Assembly (NCBI GenBank): GCA_964609245.1
Contig: CAZSSB010000006.1
Location: 34,056 to 98,055, forward strand
Origin: an uncultured Planctomycetales bacterium
GTDB lineage: Bacteria > 4484-113 > JAFGCY01
DNA: 64,000 bases
Reading direction: 5' to 3'
Part shown: positions 1 through 9,055 of the stretch, in pieces
Layout: each line of letters starts with the position of its first letter
How positions within the stretch are numbered: the stretch's first letter is position 1
Notes under the pieces: model-generated
What the model saw: only the letters and a program-made list of their open reading frames with translations
What the model was told of the DNA's origin: nothing
The model's database searches: none
Made by a program: the position numbers and the translations under genes

Positions 1-246
1 GGCTTTCAGCCGGTGCCAGCCCCGCCGAGCGTCGGTTGCGCCCGCCGCCGCGGCGACCACGCGGCTCGGCGCCCGCTGCTCGGCCTGCCCCGGCAGCACG
101 GCGCGCCCTGGTGCTGACCGTACGGCGGCCGGTCCGCCGCGTCCCTCGAAGTAGCCGCAGCTGCCGCACACGTACTCGTCGAGCCGGAAGTCCATCTCGG
201 CTCCGCAGCGGGGACAGCGACGTGCGGGGACCGGTGTCTCGCTCAT
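1..246 (-). CDS. Zinc-ribbon protein (N-terminal about 82 aa in window; C-terminus beyond the 5' window edge)
   Basis: Reverse-strand ATG at 246-244. Translation MSETPVPARRCPRCGAEMDFRLDEYVCGSCGYFEG... stays open to position 1. The CPxCG-x10-Y-x-CxxCGY motif is paralogous to the N-termini of the next two minus-strand genes. Confidence 0.45.
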   Translation of the reverse strand, partial: MSETPVPARRCPRCGAEMDFRLDEYVCGSCGYFEGRGGPAAVRSAPGRAVLPGQAEQRAPSRVVAAAAGATDARRGWHRLKA

Positions 247-953
247 GCGCCCGCCAGCAGCTGCGCTTCGTTGCTGTAGTGCCGCGCGGTCCAGACCCCC
301 AGGAGCAGCTGATACAGGATCAGGCCGTAGGCGGCCCACAGGGGGCACTCCGAGCCCCGGCAGTACTGCTCGATGTAGATGAAGAACGGCAGCACGAAGC
401 CCTGGACATTGAGCAGCAGCACCCCGGCTGCCGCCGCGCTGGCGATGCCCCAGACCACCCCGATCTGCTTGAGCAGCCTGACCGCGAGGTGCAGGTTGAT
501 CAGGTGCAGCAGCGACGGCAGTGTTATCACCCAGCCAATATAGCGCGTGATCGTCAACCCTTCGGCCGTGTGCGGGAACCAGCTGATCGCCTTGAACAGG
601 ATGAACATGTAGACCAGGTGGGCGATGATCACCACCTTGAGCGCCGTGCGCTCCGTGTTCGTTTCCCGCGGCAGCTCGAAGGTGGTGAATTCGCGCAGGC
701 GCTTCGGCGCCTGGGGCTGCTTGCGTGCTGCCACGCCCTTGACCTTGCCCAGCAGCGACGGCTGCGGCACGGCCGGCTCGGGGGCGGGCTCGCGCGCGAC
801 CTGCTCCTTGTAGCCGCAGCCGGGGCACTCCCAGAACGTGATGCGTTGCTTGAGGAGCTGGCCGCAACGCGGGCACTCCAGCGGCATCCCGGCCGCACTG
901 CCCGGCCAGTCCATCCGCTCCCCGCTGCGTGCCCCGCTGGACATCTCCCTCAC
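243..953 (-). CDS. Zinc-ribbon domain membrane protein (N-terminal CPRCG...CPGCGY, then about 4 TM helices)
   Basis: ORF track, 236 aa. Zn-ribbon motif followed by hydrophobic helices. Paralogous motif to neighbouring genes. Confidence 0.6.
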   Translation of the reverse strand: MREMSSGARSGERMDWPGSAAGMPLECPRCGQLLKQRITFWECPGCGYKEQVAREPAPEPAVPQPSLLGKVKGVAARKQPQAPKRLREFTTFELPRETNTERTALKVVIIAHLVYMFILFKAISWFPHTAEGLTITRYIGWVITLPSLLHLINLHLAVRLLKQIGVVWGIASAAAAGVLLLNVQGFVLPFFIYIEQYCRGSECPLWAAYGLILYQLLLGVWTARHYSNEAQLLAGA

Positions 954-1056
954 CTACCCCCGGGCATCCAGTGCGCCAGCCTACCGCTGTGGCTGGTCTC
1001 CCCTACGACGGTCGAATCTCAGTTGGCTTGGTCCCCAGACCGCTGCTTGCTTCCGG

Positions 1057-1274
1057 CTACCTGCGCAGCGGTCCCGGCCTGCCGAGCTCATCCTTCGGCG
1101 GCTCGCCCCTGAGCATCTTCTCCAGGCGTGAAGAGGAGGTCCTGTGTTCGACAACGGCGGACTTCGGGCTTTCCAGTTCCAGCACGAAATCACAGCCGGG
1201 GCACTCATACATCCCCAGGCGGAAGACCAGCTGCTCCTGGCAGTGCGGACAAATGTATGTCTCTTCAGGCATCT
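1057..1274 (-). CDS. Small zinc-ribbon protein (about 72 aa)
   Basis: Reverse ATG near 1274 gives MPEETYICPHCQEQLVFRLGMYECPGCDF... The longer track ORF (1057..1320) probably starts upstream of the real start. Third member of the paralogous Zn-ribbon trio. Confidence 0.5.
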
Positions 1275-1538
1275 TGCCCTCCGGCTCTCTGGAGCCATGC
1301 CGACGACAACAAAGCGACACTTGTGGGGAATCCGCATGAGCACTGGCAGCGCAACCGCAAGTCGTTCAGATCAACAACACGTACCGGATCAGTAATCCCT
1401 ACACATAAGTGTACCGCGATTGAGCCGGCTCTGCAGGAAATCGCGCCAATTTCACGATTTCTTACCGGGAGCGCCGGCCGCCTGCCTTACAGGCCATGTG
1501 TTAATCTGAGACTGGATATCGATTCGAGGGAGCTAGGC

Positions 1539-2348
1539 ATGAGTGACAACCCCAATCCTGTCGACCGGCCGCTTACCATCGCCGGCCGCCAGTTCAAGAG
1601 CCGCCTGATCATGGGCACCGGCAAGTGGCCGGACAACGAGACGATGGTCAAGGCCTGCGAGGCCGGCGGCACCGAGATGGTGACCGTGGCCATCCGCCGC
1701 ATCGACTTGAGCCCCGAGCGGCCGGAGAAGAACTTCATCGACTATCTGAAGCCCGCGGGCTTCGACCTGCTGCCCAACAGCGCGGGCTGTTTCAACGCCG
1801 AGGAAGTAGTGCGCACCGCGCGCCTGGCCAGGGAGGCCACCGGAACCAACTGGTTCAAGATCGAGGTGATCGGCGACAAGAAGACGCTGCTGCCCGATGT
1901 GCACGGCACCATCGAGGCGGTTAAGATCCTCAAGGCCGAGGACTTCGTCTGCCTCTGCTACATCCCCCAGGACATCGTGGCGGCGATCCGCCTGTTCGAG
2001 CTGGGTGCCGACGCGATCATGCCGCTGGGCAGCCCGATCGGCTCGGGCCAGGGCCTGCCGGATTTCGCCGGGCTGAAGTTCATCGTCGAGGAGCTTTCCG
2101 GCAAGGTGCCGATCGTGGTCGACGCCGGCATCGGCGCGCCCAGTGACGCCGCGCTGGCGATGGAGCTTGGCGCCGACGCGTGCCTGATCAACACCTCGAT
2201 CGCCCAGGCTGCCGATCCGGTGGCGATGGCGCGGGCGATGAAGCTGGGCATCGAGGCGGGCCGGGCCGCATACCTGGCCGGCCGCATCCCGAAGAAAGCC
2301 TACGCCAGCGCCAGCACAACGATGGAGGGCATGGTCGGCAGCCAGTAG
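1539..2348 (+). CDS. thiG: Thiazole synthase ThiG
   Basis: Translation ...LTIAGRQFKSRLIMGTGKW...IMPLGSPIGSGQGL...VVDAGIGAPSDAALAMELGADA... is the canonical ThiG TIM-barrel sequence. ATG at 1539 with GAGGGAG about 9 nt upstream. Confidence 0.9.
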   Translation: MSDNPNPVDRPLTIAGRQFKSRLIMGTGKWPDNETMVKACEAGGTEMVTVAIRRIDLSPERPEKNFIDYLKPAGFDLLPNSAGCFNAEEVVRTARLAREATGTNWFKIEVIGDKKTLLPDVHGTIEAVKILKAEDFVCLCYIPQDIVAAIRLFELGADAIMPLGSPIGSGQGLPDFAGLKFIVEELSGKVPIVVDAGIGAPSDAALAMELGADACLINTSIAQAADPVAMARAMKLGIEAGRAAYLAGRIPKKAYASASTTMEGMVGSQ

Positions 2349-2422
2349 CTGTCCCACTCGCTTTTCACGAATTTTCACAGCATCTGCACGCTGCGACCAC
2401 ACGGACAGGGCATCATCCGTGC

Positions 2423-3700
2423 GTGAATGACGCGCATAGCCAGGTGCTTTCGTCAACACGCCTCGAAACCTCGTCTCGCCACATCCCGCCCAATCGCGAC
2501 CCGCTGCTGCTGGCGCTGGCGGCGCGGATCATCTGCCCGCTGTGGCTTAGGCAAAGAGGCCAGGTTCATTCTGTTCATCTGTCGCCGGAGGCCGAGCAAC
2601 TGCTGCTGACCCTCAGGCAGGACCGCGTGATGGTGTGCAGCAATCATCCCAGCTACGAGGCGCCGATCTGGTTCGCCGTCGGCGCGCGGCTGGGCATCCC
2701 GCTGTGCTTCATGGCCAACCGCGAGTTCTTCGACCGGCCGGTCGAAGGCTGGCTCATCCGCCGCGTGGGCGCCTATTCGGTGGCCCGCGGGCAGCGTGAC
2801 CGCGAGGCGGCTGAGTCCACGATCCGGCTGCTGACGAACGGGGGCAACTGGGTGGTGATGTTCCCCGAGGGCGAGAATCACCACATGCACTCGGTGGTGG
2901 CACCGTTCCTGCCGGGCGCGGCGCGGCTCGGGCTGCAAGCGCTGGCCCGGCTTGATGCGGCATCCGAGCCCGTCTACCTGCTGCCGGTGGCGGCCAGGTA
3001 TTACTACACTACCGATATGCGTGCCCGAATGCGGACGGCACTGAGCGGGCTTGAGCGCGAGCTGGATATGGCACCCGTTGCGGGCTGGCAGGCCCGGCTG
3101 CTCAGGATCGCCGACCGCGTGATCAGCGCCAGCGAATCGCACTACCGGCTGACACCGCTCGCTGAGGACAACCTCAGGACCAGGCTGGTCCGGTTGCGCG
3201 AGCAGATCCTCACTCATGCGGTAGTCTGTCTCGGCATCCAGCCAGCGTCCAACGGCAAGCCGCTGCTGGCCCGGATTCGCCGCCTGCTGACCGAAGCTGA
3301 CATAAGCCTGGCGGAGCGCCGCGAGTCGCGGTCTGCCTGGCAGCGCCGCGTCAGTCTCCAGCGCAGCCGGCAGGTCAAGGGAGTTCGCAGCCATCTGAAG
3401 TGGCTCCTCGCCTGGTACGCGGTCGATGACATGCTGGAGGTGCCGCCGCAGTCGGTCGAGGACTTCATGGATGTCGTCGAACGGCTCGAGCGCGGCGTCT
3501 ATGGCAGGTCGCGATACTGGGCTCGCCGCGCCGTTGAACTCCAGGTCGGCAGGCCGATCGACCTCAGGTTGTGGCTTGACACCTACCACACGGCACCGGT
3601 CCATGCGATCGATGCAGTGACCTGGGAGCTGGAAAACGCGGTGCGCGGCCTGCTCACGGCCAGCGCGCATTTGATGACACCTCTGCCGGAGCAGCGCTAG
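2423..3700 (+). CDS. Lysophospholipid/glycerol-3-phosphate acyltransferase family protein (PlsC-like, LPLAT), paralog 1, with a long Arg/Leu-rich C-terminal extension
   Basis: NHPSYEAP acyltransferase box and FPEG box. Strongly similar to the 5086..6414 protein. Start uncertain (GTG 2423 or 2444; the track ORF begins at 2180 inside thiG). Confidence 0.7.
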   Translation: MNDAHSQVLSSTRLETSSRHIPPNRDPLLLALAARIICPLWLRQRGQVHSVHLSPEAEQLLLTLRQDRVMVCSNHPSYEAPIWFAVGARLGIPLCFMANREFFDRPVEGWLIRRVGAYSVARGQRDREAAESTIRLLTNGGNWVVMFPEGENHHMHSVVAPFLPGAARLGLQALARLDAASEPVYLLPVAARYYYTTDMRARMRTALSGLERELDMAPVAGWQARLLRIADRVISASESHYRLTPLAEDNLRTRLVRLREQILTHAVVCLGIQPASNGKPLLARIRRLLTEADISLAERRESRSAWQRRVSLQRSRQVKGVRSHLKWLLAWYAVDDMLEVPPQSVEDFMDVVERLERGVYGRSRYWARRAVELQVGRPIDLRLWLDTYHTAPVHAIDAVTWELENAVRGLLTASAHLMTPLPEQR

Positions 3701-3713
3701 ACGTCGGCTGCCG

Positions 3714-4961
3714 TCAGCGCTGGGCGGCGCCGGGCACGTACTTGGCCGAGCTTGCCGCACTGGATCCAGCACGATCGACGGCGGGGCGCGTGAAGTACGT
3801 GCGGCCTTTCCAGGTCACCCCTCGTCCCGAAGTAATGCTGTACCAGGACAGCAGAACGACCCAGAGCATCCCAATGATGCCCAAGGGATGAAGCAGGGCG
3901 ATCCAGGCCGGCATCCGATACGCCATGGACAGCAGCGTACGCGCCAGCAGCACATTGCCCATGGCGATCCACAGCAGCGTGCCGTCGGCGGGATAAGTTG
4001 TGAGCAGGCTCAGCGGGGCCAGTAGGAAGGGACTGACGAAGGCGATGATCTGAATCGCAATGAACGCCCAGAGGATGCCGGGGCCGCGGAACACCTTGGC
4101 GGCATTCTTCTGGAAGCCCCTGACGACTTCTTCGCGGCTGCGATACATCCGTACGCTGACGACATCCTGGCCGTCGAGCGTCACGCTGCGTTCGCCGCAC
4201 CGCCGCCAGGCACGGGCAAAGGCGTGGTCCTCCAGCAGGCCGTAGGCGCAGCACTGGTGGCCGCCCACCGCCTCGTAGGCGCGACGATGCATCAACATGC
4301 AGGCCCCGCTGGCAACGATCATCCGGTCATCCTTGGGCCGCCGGAAGCTCAGCGGCCACAGGAATGTGGTCAGCGTCGCGAAGTTGAGCATCGGCACACC
4401 CACGAACTCCCAGAAGCTGGCCATCTCGAAACGGGGCCAGCAGGAGACATAGGTTGCGTCGTGCTCGGCGGCGGCGTCCAGGATCGCGTTGACGGCGCCG
4501 GGCGCCAGCACGACGTCGGCATCCAGGAACAGCATCCAGCGGCTGCACGCCTCGTCCGCCAGCTGCTTGCCGGCCCAAGTCTTGCCAAACCAGCCGGCCG
4601 GACGCCGGCGGCCCGAGATCAGCCTGATGCGCGGATCGCGCCGGGTGTACTCCTGAACCACCTCGGCGGTACCATCGCTGCTCTGATCGTCCAGCACAAG
4701 AATCTCGACCACTTCAGCGCCCTGCTGCATGAGGCTGTCCAGCACTGCCGGCAGGTTGCGCTCCTCATCGCGCGCCGGAATCAGCACGCTGACCGGTGCG
4801 ATGATTGCGCCGTGCGCGCCGATGGTGTGCTGGCCGAACCGCCCGGTGGGCCTGAGGTGATGTCTGAGGACTTTCACGCGGGGCCAGCAGCAGATGTTGA
4901 TGACTGCCCACACTACGGCCAGTCCCGTCAGTCCAGTCAGTATGATGCCGGCCGCTTCCAT
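3714..4961 (-). CDS. Membrane-bound family-2 glycosyltransferase (CrtQ/CruC/HpnI-like GT2 with C-terminal TM helices)
   Basis: N-terminal TM, then VSVLIPARDEE...LVLDDQSSDGT (DxD) and PAGWFGKTWAG, typical of the GT-A fold. C-terminal half is hydrophobic. Confidence 0.8.
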   Translation of the reverse strand: MEAAGIILTGLTGLAVVWAVINICCWPRVKVLRHHLRPTGRFGQHTIGAHGAIIAPVSVLIPARDEERNLPAVLDSLMQQGAEVVEILVLDDQSSDGTAEVVQEYTRRDPRIRLISGRRRPAGWFGKTWAGKQLADEACSRWMLFLDADVVLAPGAVNAILDAAAEHDATYVSCWPRFEMASFWEFVGVPMLNFATLTTFLWPLSFRRPKDDRMIVASGACMLMHRRAYEAVGGHQCCAYGLLEDHAFARAWRRCGERSVTLDGQDVVSVRMYRSREEVVRGFQKNAAKVFRGPGILWAFIAIQIIAFVSPFLLAPLSLLTTYPADGTLLWIAMGNVLLARTLLSMAYRMPAWIALLHPLGIIGMLWVVLLSWYSITSGRGVTWKGRTYFTRPAVDRAGSSAASSAKYVPGAAQR

Positions 4962-5085
4962 CGCAATCCCTCCTTATTGCTCTGTGCTGCTCCGGTTATC
5001 AACAGGCAGCTTCGACGGCGGTAAGTCACCATCGCGAAGCCGCCGCCAATGATAGGGATCAACGCGCAGACGCGGTGAAGCAGCC

Positions 5086-6414
5086 ATGAAGATCCGTAGA
5101 GCCCACCGCCGGTTCGCTCCTGAGTTAGAATGCTCCATGGTGCGCGGCCTGTTATATCGGCGCAAGCGGGCTGCCCGGAAGTACCGCTTTCACCCGCCGC
5201 GCCACGTCGCGCCCTGCATGACCTTCGCCCGCTGGCTGGCGCCGCGCTACAGCCGCTGGGTGCTGGGCGTCACCAGGGTCACCGTCTCGCCGGCCGACGC
5301 CGCGCGGCTCAGGCAGCTCAGGCGCGAGCGCGTGGTGCTGACGCCGAATCACCCCACCCAGGACCCGGCCGTGCTGTTCCACTTCAGCACCATGCTGGGG
5401 ATGCAGTTCTACTGGCTGGCGGCGCGCGAGGTGTTCGAGACCACCTTCCAGGGCTGGCTGGTCTCGCGCGTCGGCGCCTACTCCGTGGACCGCGGCACCC
5501 GCGACAGCGACGCCGTCCACATGACGCGCCAGCTGCTCACCGAGGGTCGGCACTGGCTGGTGCTGTTCCCCGAGGGCGTCAACCACTTCCTGCACGACGT
5601 GGTGATGCCGTTTCTGCCCGGTGCCGCGCGGATCGGCCTGGGCGCGCTGGATGATCTCGCCGCGCGGGGCGGCGAGCTGCCGCCGCTCTATACCGTGCCG
5701 CTGGCCCTGCGCTATCACTACACTGCCGACATGCGGCCCAAGATGGACGCCGCGCTGAGGCGGCTGGAGCGCAAGCTGCGGCTCGACGGCGCCGGCGGCA
5801 ATGACTGGCACGGGCGGATGGACGCCATCGCCGACCGGATCCTGGACGCCAACGAGGAGTTTTTCGGCGTGATGCCCCAGCCCGACGAGAGCCTGCCCCA
5901 GCGGCTCGGCCGCCTGCGCGAGGTGGTGCTCAGCCGCGTCGCCGCCGGCCTGGGCCTCGAGCTGCCGCCGCCGGACAAACCGCTGAGAAACCGCGTGCGG
6001 CGGCTGCTCAACGAGACCAGCCGGATTCTGCAGGAGCAGCCGCGCGGGGGCAGCGACTACCGCCGCGAGCTGCAGGAGCGGCGCCGCCGGCGCGCCGAGC
6101 AGCTGCGCAAAGAGCTGCGCCGCGTCACGGAGTTCGTGGCCTTCTCCGATGAGTACAACGACGTGGCCCCCACCGTCGAGAACTACTTCGACGTGCTGGG
6201 GCGCATCGAGCGCGAGGTCTTTGGCCGCTGGCGCTGCTGGGGCCCGCGGGAAGTGGTGATCCGCGTCGGCGAGCCGCTGGACCTGCGCGAGCGCTACAGC
6301 GAGTACCAGGCGGCGCCCGATGAGGCCAGCGAGGCCGCCACGCTGGAGCTGGAGCGCCGCGTCCGCCACCTGCTCAGGGAGACGGAGCAGCTGATGAGCC
6401 CGATGCCGGACTAG
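5086..6414 (+). CDS. PlsC-like acyltransferase (LPLAT family), paralog 2
   Basis: NHPTQDP, FPEGVNH and PFLPGAARIGL boxes. Co-linear similarity with paralog 1 across catalytic and C-terminal regions. Alternative starts at 5137 or 5218. Confidence 0.75.
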   Translation: MKIRRAHRRFAPELECSMVRGLLYRRKRAARKYRFHPPRHVAPCMTFARWLAPRYSRWVLGVTRVTVSPADAARLRQLRRERVVLTPNHPTQDPAVLFHFSTMLGMQFYWLAAREVFETTFQGWLVSRVGAYSVDRGTRDSDAVHMTRQLLTEGRHWLVLFPEGVNHFLHDVVMPFLPGAARIGLGALDDLAARGGELPPLYTVPLALRYHYTADMRPKMDAALRRLERKLRLDGAGGNDWHGRMDAIADRILDANEEFFGVMPQPDESLPQRLGRLREVVLSRVAAGLGLELPPPDKPLRNRVRRLLNETSRILQEQPRGGSDYRRELQERRRRRAEQLRKELRRVTEFVAFSDEYNDVAPTVENYFDVLGRIEREVFGRWRCWGPREVVIRVGEPLDLRERYSEYQAAPDEASEAATLELERRVRHLLRETEQLMSPMPD

Positions 6415-6496
6415 CGCGCGCGGTTGGTACAATCGTCGGCGTAAGACTACCGGCCCGGCGGCGGCGACCGGCGGGCCGGTGCGCAATGGAGGCACC

Positions 6497-6994
6497 ATGA
6501 AGGCGGACAAGAGCATTGAGCTGCTCAGCAAATGCGTGGGCGACGAGCTGCAGGCCATTCACCAGTACATGTACTGGCACTTCCACCTGGACGACCAGGG
6601 CTTCGACCCGCTGGCGGCGCTGTTCAGGCGCGTGGCGATCGAGGAGATGGGCCATCTGGAGATGATCGCCGAGCGGATTCTGTTCCTCAAGGGCGACGTG
6701 GACATGGTGCCCAGCGGCCCGATCGAGCAGATCCAGGACGCTGAGGAGATCCTCAAGATGGCGATCGCGATGGAGCTGGCGGCCGTCGAGGCCTACAACC
6801 AGTACGCCCAGGAGTGCGCGGCCAACGCCGACTCGGCCAGCAAGCAGATGTTCGAGGGGCTGGTCACGGACGAGGAAGGCCACTACGACGAGTTCGACAA
6901 GCAGCTGGACAACGTCAAGCGCTTCGGCCCCAGCTATCTGGCGCTGCAGTCGTTCAACGCGGGCCTGGGCCAGGGCGGCGGCGCCGCGGAGTAG
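6497..6994 (+). CDS. bfr: Bacterioferritin
   Basis: ELQAIHQYMYWHFH...EEMGHLEMIAERILFL... ferritin-like diiron ligands plus the conserved heme-axial Met. GGAGG sits 6 nt before ATG 6497. Confidence 0.9.
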   Translation: MKADKSIELLSKCVGDELQAIHQYMYWHFHLDDQGFDPLAALFRRVAIEEMGHLEMIAERILFLKGDVDMVPSGPIEQIQDAEEILKMAIAMELAAVEAYNQYAQECAANADSASKQMFEGLVTDEEGHYDEFDKQLDNVKRFGPSYLALQSFNAGLGQGGGAAE

Positions 6995-7037
6995 CCGGAA
7001 GCGCCGGCATCCCCGGTGGCGCAAGCGTCCCGCTTGT

Positions 7038-7065
7038 GATTGGTGGCGCGGGCGTCCCCGCCCAC
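7038..7065. repeat. GC-rich palindromic repeat (family B: GATTGGTGGCGCGGGCGTC-CCGCCC), in a convergent intergenic region
   Basis: Near-identical to the two tandem copies at 43349..43412. Stem GCGGGCG/CGCCCGC. Confidence 0.4.
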
Positions 7066-7103
7066 GATGTGCAGGCGCGAAGCCCCGCGCACAGGATGCG
7101 CGG

Positions 7104-8222
7104 CTACCGCACCGCCACCGCCGCGCCGCTGCACCCCTGCCAGTGGGCATAGCGGTCGAACTCGCCCTCGATCAGCTTCATCTCGGCCTTGGCCAGCCTG
7201 CGCGCAGGCTCCAGCTCAACCTTGAGGATGCGCTTTCCGGAGGCGCGCCAGGTAGCGGCGACGCGGCCGCTGAGCAGCACGACGGCTTCCACCTGCGCCG
7301 CCTTGCGGTAGACCAGCTTGTAGCCCGCCGGATCGACCACCCGGCCCTTGTCGCGCCAGGCCAGCAGCAGGTTGTCGAACTTGGGCAGCAGGCTGACGGC
7401 GGGCAGCTCAGCATCGCTTCGCGCCAGTTCGCGCAGGTCTCTCCTGAGCACCAGCTGTCCGGACGGCCAGCCGTCAACTTCGACCTCGGCCAGCTCATCC
7501 GCGCAGGCGGCGAATAGCGGCCTGGCCTGGGCGGACTTCAGCCCGCTCCAGTAGGCGAAATCCTGGCGGCTGGCCGGACCGTAGGCCGCGTAGTAGCGCC
7601 GCAGCAGTTCGCAGCCGGCCTTCAGCGCCCCGGGCGGGTCCCACTTGAGCCTGGGCAGCCACAGCTCGCGGCGGGCGAACCGTGGCTGGCCGCCCTTCTG
7701 GCCGGCGAAGACCACCTCGCCCGTGAAGGCCAGCGGCCGCACGTCGAGGCCGTAGCCCGCGCCGCGCATGCCCTTGAGCTCCGGCACCCGCTCGTGCAGC
7801 TCGGCGCGCGTCAGCGGGCCATCCTCAAGCGCCGCCAGGATCTTCCGGTTGCGGCGCTCAAGCTGCCCCGCCGTCACCCCGTGGGACTTGAGATAGAGGC
7901 CCAGCCAGTAGTCGTGGCTTTCGAGGCGCAGGCCCGTCAGCAGCGGCAGGTCGCGGCTGGCCAGCGTATGCACCGTACCCCTCAGCGTCCAGACCCTCAC
8001 CAGCGTCTTGTTCTTCAGCAGCGCGTCGTCCACCCAGCCGGGCGGCGTATCGCCCTGCCGCGACCAGACGGCGACCGGCACGCTGGCACTGTACTGCGAC
8101 TGCACCGCGACCAGCCGGCGCACCACGTCGAGCGGCCTGAGCTGATGGTCGATCAGCCCCTGCCGCCTCAGCGTGAACGCCCACGCCCGGGGCGGGGCTA
8201 TCCTGAGCTTGGCTTCGGCCAT
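7104..8222 (-). CDS. Winged-helix DNA glycosylase-like protein (YcaQ/AlkZ family, DUF1006)
   Basis: 372 aa. The VAVQSQY motif (Q-phi-Q) and overall pattern resemble the AlkZ/YcaQ interstrand-crosslink glycosylase family. Assignment is by recollection of the family signature. Confidence 0.6.
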   Translation of the reverse strand: MAEAKLRIAPPRAWAFTLRRQGLIDHQLRPLDVVRRLVAVQSQYSASVPVAVWSRQGDTPPGWVDDALLKNKTLVRVWTLRGTVHTLASRDLPLLTGLRLESHDYWLGLYLKSHGVTAGQLERRNRKILAALEDGPLTRAELHERVPELKGMRGAGYGLDVRPLAFTGEVVFAGQKGGQPRFARRELWLPRLKWDPPGALKAGCELLRRYYAAYGPASRQDFAYWSGLKSAQARPLFAACADELAEVEVDGWPSGQLVLRRDLRELARSDAELPAVSLLPKFDNLLLAWRDKGRVVDPAGYKLVYRKAAQVEAVVLLSGRVAATWRASGKRILKVELEPARRLAKAEMKLIEGEFDRYAHWQGCSGAAVAVR

Positions 8223-8280
8223 CGGGCTATTCTAGGCGGTGCTACGTCTTGGGGCATGAAGCCATCTCGACCTGTAGGGG

Positions 8281-8317
8281 CGATCCCGCCGTTGGCGGGA
8301 TGTCGCCCGTCCCGGCT
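8281..8317. repeat. REP-like palindromic repeat (family A: GTAGGGGCG...CGCCCGT)
   Basis: GTAGGGGCGATCCCGCCGTTGGCGGGATGTCGCCCGT is a nested palindrome. Same family as the copies at 50547, 52649, 53993, 55244 and 61997. Confidence 0.5.
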
Positions 8318-8322
8318 CTGAG

Positions 8323-8922
8323 TTACAGATTCGCGCCTGTCAACAGTCCACTGAGCACGACGAAGGCCAGACCCTCAAGTGGCTGGAACCGCATGGTATG
8401 CGCCTGCCGAATGGAGAGCAGTATCCCAAGCAGGAATACCACTGCAATCGGCAACATGCCTGGATATCCGCTCCACACTCCCAGCCCACTTAGCGGGCGA
8501 TCTGCCAAATGCGAGATGATACGCGCCAATACGTTGGTGGCCAGTACAGCGGCCCACAGAGTTATATACAGGATCGCGCCATTAATCAGGCAGCAGGCCA
8601 AAGCCTGCCGGAAGAACAACCGCGGACTTGTGAGAATGGCATCACTCGCACGGCGATAACCCACTAGTACATGCTCATTCGCCAGGTACCAAGCCGCAGC
8701 CAGTAGGGCGGTGAGGGATCCGGATACTATGGAATGCAGGTTCGTTAGCCAGTCTGGCACGGCCATGAAACCGGTTGTCCACCAGGAAGCGGGAACCGCA
8801 TGCCAGGAGGCGGTAATCAGCGCCAGATTCAAGCAGACGACCGCGGCCGCAATCAGGAGCAGGTGTTTGCGCCACCAGCGCCGCTGCGTGTGCCACCCGA
8901 GCGTATACAGCGAGTCGTACAT
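8323..8922 (-). CDS. Hypothetical polytopic membrane protein, in a lower-GC island (about 55% GC)
   Basis: 199 aa ORF with about 5 hydrophobic helices. Local GC is clearly lower than the flanks. Confidence 0.5.
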   Translation of the reverse strand: MYDSLYTLGWHTQRRWWRKHLLLIAAAVVCLNLALITASWHAVPASWWTTGFMAVPDWLTNLHSIVSGSLTALLAAAWYLANEHVLVGYRRASDAILTSPRLFFRQALACCLINGAILYITLWAAVLATNVLARIISHLADRPLSGLGVWSGYPGMLPIAVVFLLGILLSIRQAHTMRFQPLEGLAFVVLSGLLTGANL

Positions 8923-9055
8923 GACCCTTCAGCGTTCTCATATCATAGCTGCTACAAATGCTGTGACCAGCGATCATTGAATCCGGCGACAGGGCCGTCG
9001 CCGCTACGGCCTCAATGATATGTGCCATTACGGCCTTGAGATGTGAAGCTGGTTT

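Noticed and set aside
1275-1538. Possible TPP (THI-box) riboswitch upstream of thiG
   Set aside because: A CUGAGA and a CUGGAUAU...GAGGGA stretch occur at about 1500-1530. GUAGGGA and CUGAUCCGG-like elements occur at about 1385-1406 on the opposite strand. The conserved ACC-CUGAUC...GCGUAGGGA arrangement is not present in the right order on either strand. Not called without a covariance-model scan.
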